61,870 bases of DNA from Polyangiales bacterium (GTDB taxonomy: Bacteria; Myxococcota_A; Polyangia; Polyangiales; Polyangiaceae). Shown in pieces: positions 60,837 through 61,870 of the stretch (position 1 is the first letter of the stretch; every line of letters begins with the position of its first letter). The translations under genes were made by a program, and so were the position numbers. The stretch is from contig JBBRLQ010000040.1 in NCBI GenBank assembly GCA_038231275.1, forward strand, positions 1 through 61,870, read 5' to 3'. Under the pieces are notes generated by a model that was not told the DNA's origin, made no database searches, and was given only the letters and a program-made list of their open reading frames with translations.

Positions 60837-61323
60837 CGGAGCTCGGCGGCGCCCTCAGGACCGTTCCGGCTCCGCTGCGCTTCGCTCCACTCGTCAGCTC
60901 CGCGCGGCACTCGTCCAGCAGCTCTTTGAGCCGCGGGAGGCGGGCGCCGCGCTTCTCTTCCAGCCACAGGACCCCCGCCTCGAACGTGCTCGTCACCACG
61001 AACTCGAACGGCGGTGGCCGGAACCAATTCACCGCAGTGACGATGCCGCGGATGAACGGCGACGCGCTCGAGAAGACGAGGCTCGGCTTCGACTTGATGA
61101 AGCGTGACTCGTCCGCCATCCGCTTGCGCCACTTGGCGTTCGGCATCGGGTTCTCGGGCTCGACGTAGAGGAGTCCGCACGCGCGGAACGGCAGCCCCGC
61201 GGCGATCTCGTCGGCTCGCTTGAAGCTCGCGATGTACTCCTCGAAGTCGGCGTCCGTGTTCGTGTCGCCGGCGAAGTACCAGACACAAAGACCAAAGGCC
61301 CTGTCGATGCGGCTCGCGAACAC
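60823..61323 (-). CDS. Hypothetical protein (STAS/SpoIIAA-like)
   Basis: PNAKWRK, SPFIRGIVTAVNWF, F..GV.WL pattern. Confidence 0.7.
   Translation of the reverse strand: MFASRIDRAFGLCVWYFAGDTNTDADFEEYIASFKRADEIAAGLPFRACGLLYVEPENPMPNAKWRKRMADESRFIKSKPSLVFSSASPFIRGIVTAVNWFRPPPFEFVVTSTFEAGVLWLEEKRGARLPRLKELLDECRAELTSGAKRSGAGTVLRAPPSSVKKP
60855..60892 (-). repeat. Dispersed short repeat, copy 2
   Basis: Inverted match to 30809-30845. Confidence 0.8.
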
Positions 61324-61363
61324 GCGGCTACTCGACAGGGCCTTCGTTCATTGACGGAAACGC

Positions 61364-61870
61364 TCAGTCCTTGGCGTCGCCGCGCGCGAAGATCGACGCG
61401 ACGTAGTTGAGGACGTCGGTGGCGCTGACCTCGTTGTAGCCGAAGTTCTTGATGAGCCTCGACTTGATGATGTCGATCTTCTCCTGCGTGTCCTTGTCGA
61501 CGACCGCGGAGACGAGCGACTTCAGCTTGATCGAGTCCTTCTGATCCTCGAAGAGCTTGAGCTCGAGGGCCCGGCGGAGTCGATCGTTGGTCGACCACTG
61601 GAACTTCTTGCCGTCGATCGCGAGGGCGCCGATGAAGTTCATGATCTCGCGCCGGAAGTCGTCCTTCCGGTTCTCCGCGATGTCGATCTTCTCTTCGATC
61701 GATCGCATGAGGCGCTCGTCCGGCTCTTCGTCCTGGCCGGTGTAGCGGTTCTTGACCTTCTCCTTGAGGGTGTTGGCCTTGATGTTGTCGATGTAGTTCG
61801 CGCAGAGCTTCGCGATCGCGTCCTCGTCGGCGCTGATGGCGCGCTGGACCTCGTTCTTCACGACCTCTTC
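61364..61870 (-). CDS. prkA: PrkA-family serine protein kinase, C-terminal part
   Basis: [44 protein letters not shown]...SA.DVL.YV. Confidence 0.92.
   Translation of the reverse strand, partial: EEVVKNEVQRAISADEDAIAKLCANYIDNIKANTLKEKVKNRYTGQDEEPDERLMRSIEEKIDIAENRKDDFRREIMNFIGALAIDGKKFQWSTNDRLRRALELKLFEDQKDSIKLKSLVSAVVDKDTQEKIDIIKSRLIKNFGYNEVSATDVLNYVASIFARGDAKD

Overview
This is a very GC-rich, gene-dense bacterial window. MYXO-CTERM tails, many Cys-rich lipoproteins, a kinase-sigma54 fusion and PrkA point to Myxococcota, probably Polyangiales (inference). Housekeeping genes include gdh (partial), uvrB, manC, hutF, cvfB, part of the ATP synthase cluster (b', b, delta, alpha, gamma), a Bcp peroxiredoxin, Hsp20 and prkA (partial). 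There are many signalling genes (two ECF sigmas, an NtrC-type regulator, PP2C-cNMP, REC-HD-GYP, an atypical hybrid kinase, a STK-TPR-GAF-sigma54 fusion) and many envelope proteins. The most unusual locus is 33.1-39.5 kb: three stand-alone paralogs of the complex I membrane subunits NuoH, NuoL and NuoM. Each carries an added extracytoplasmic domain (lipoprotein/Ig/PDZ, PEGA-like, Ig-like), and many canonical proton-pathway residues are substituted, which suggests a repurposed membrane complex. The first ~3.4 kb contains two genes broken by in-frame TAG codons and a degraded gdh motif (low-quality sequence or pseudogenisation). I recognised no rRNA, tRNA, CRISPR array or transposase. All domain calls come from motif recognition by eye; no searches were run.
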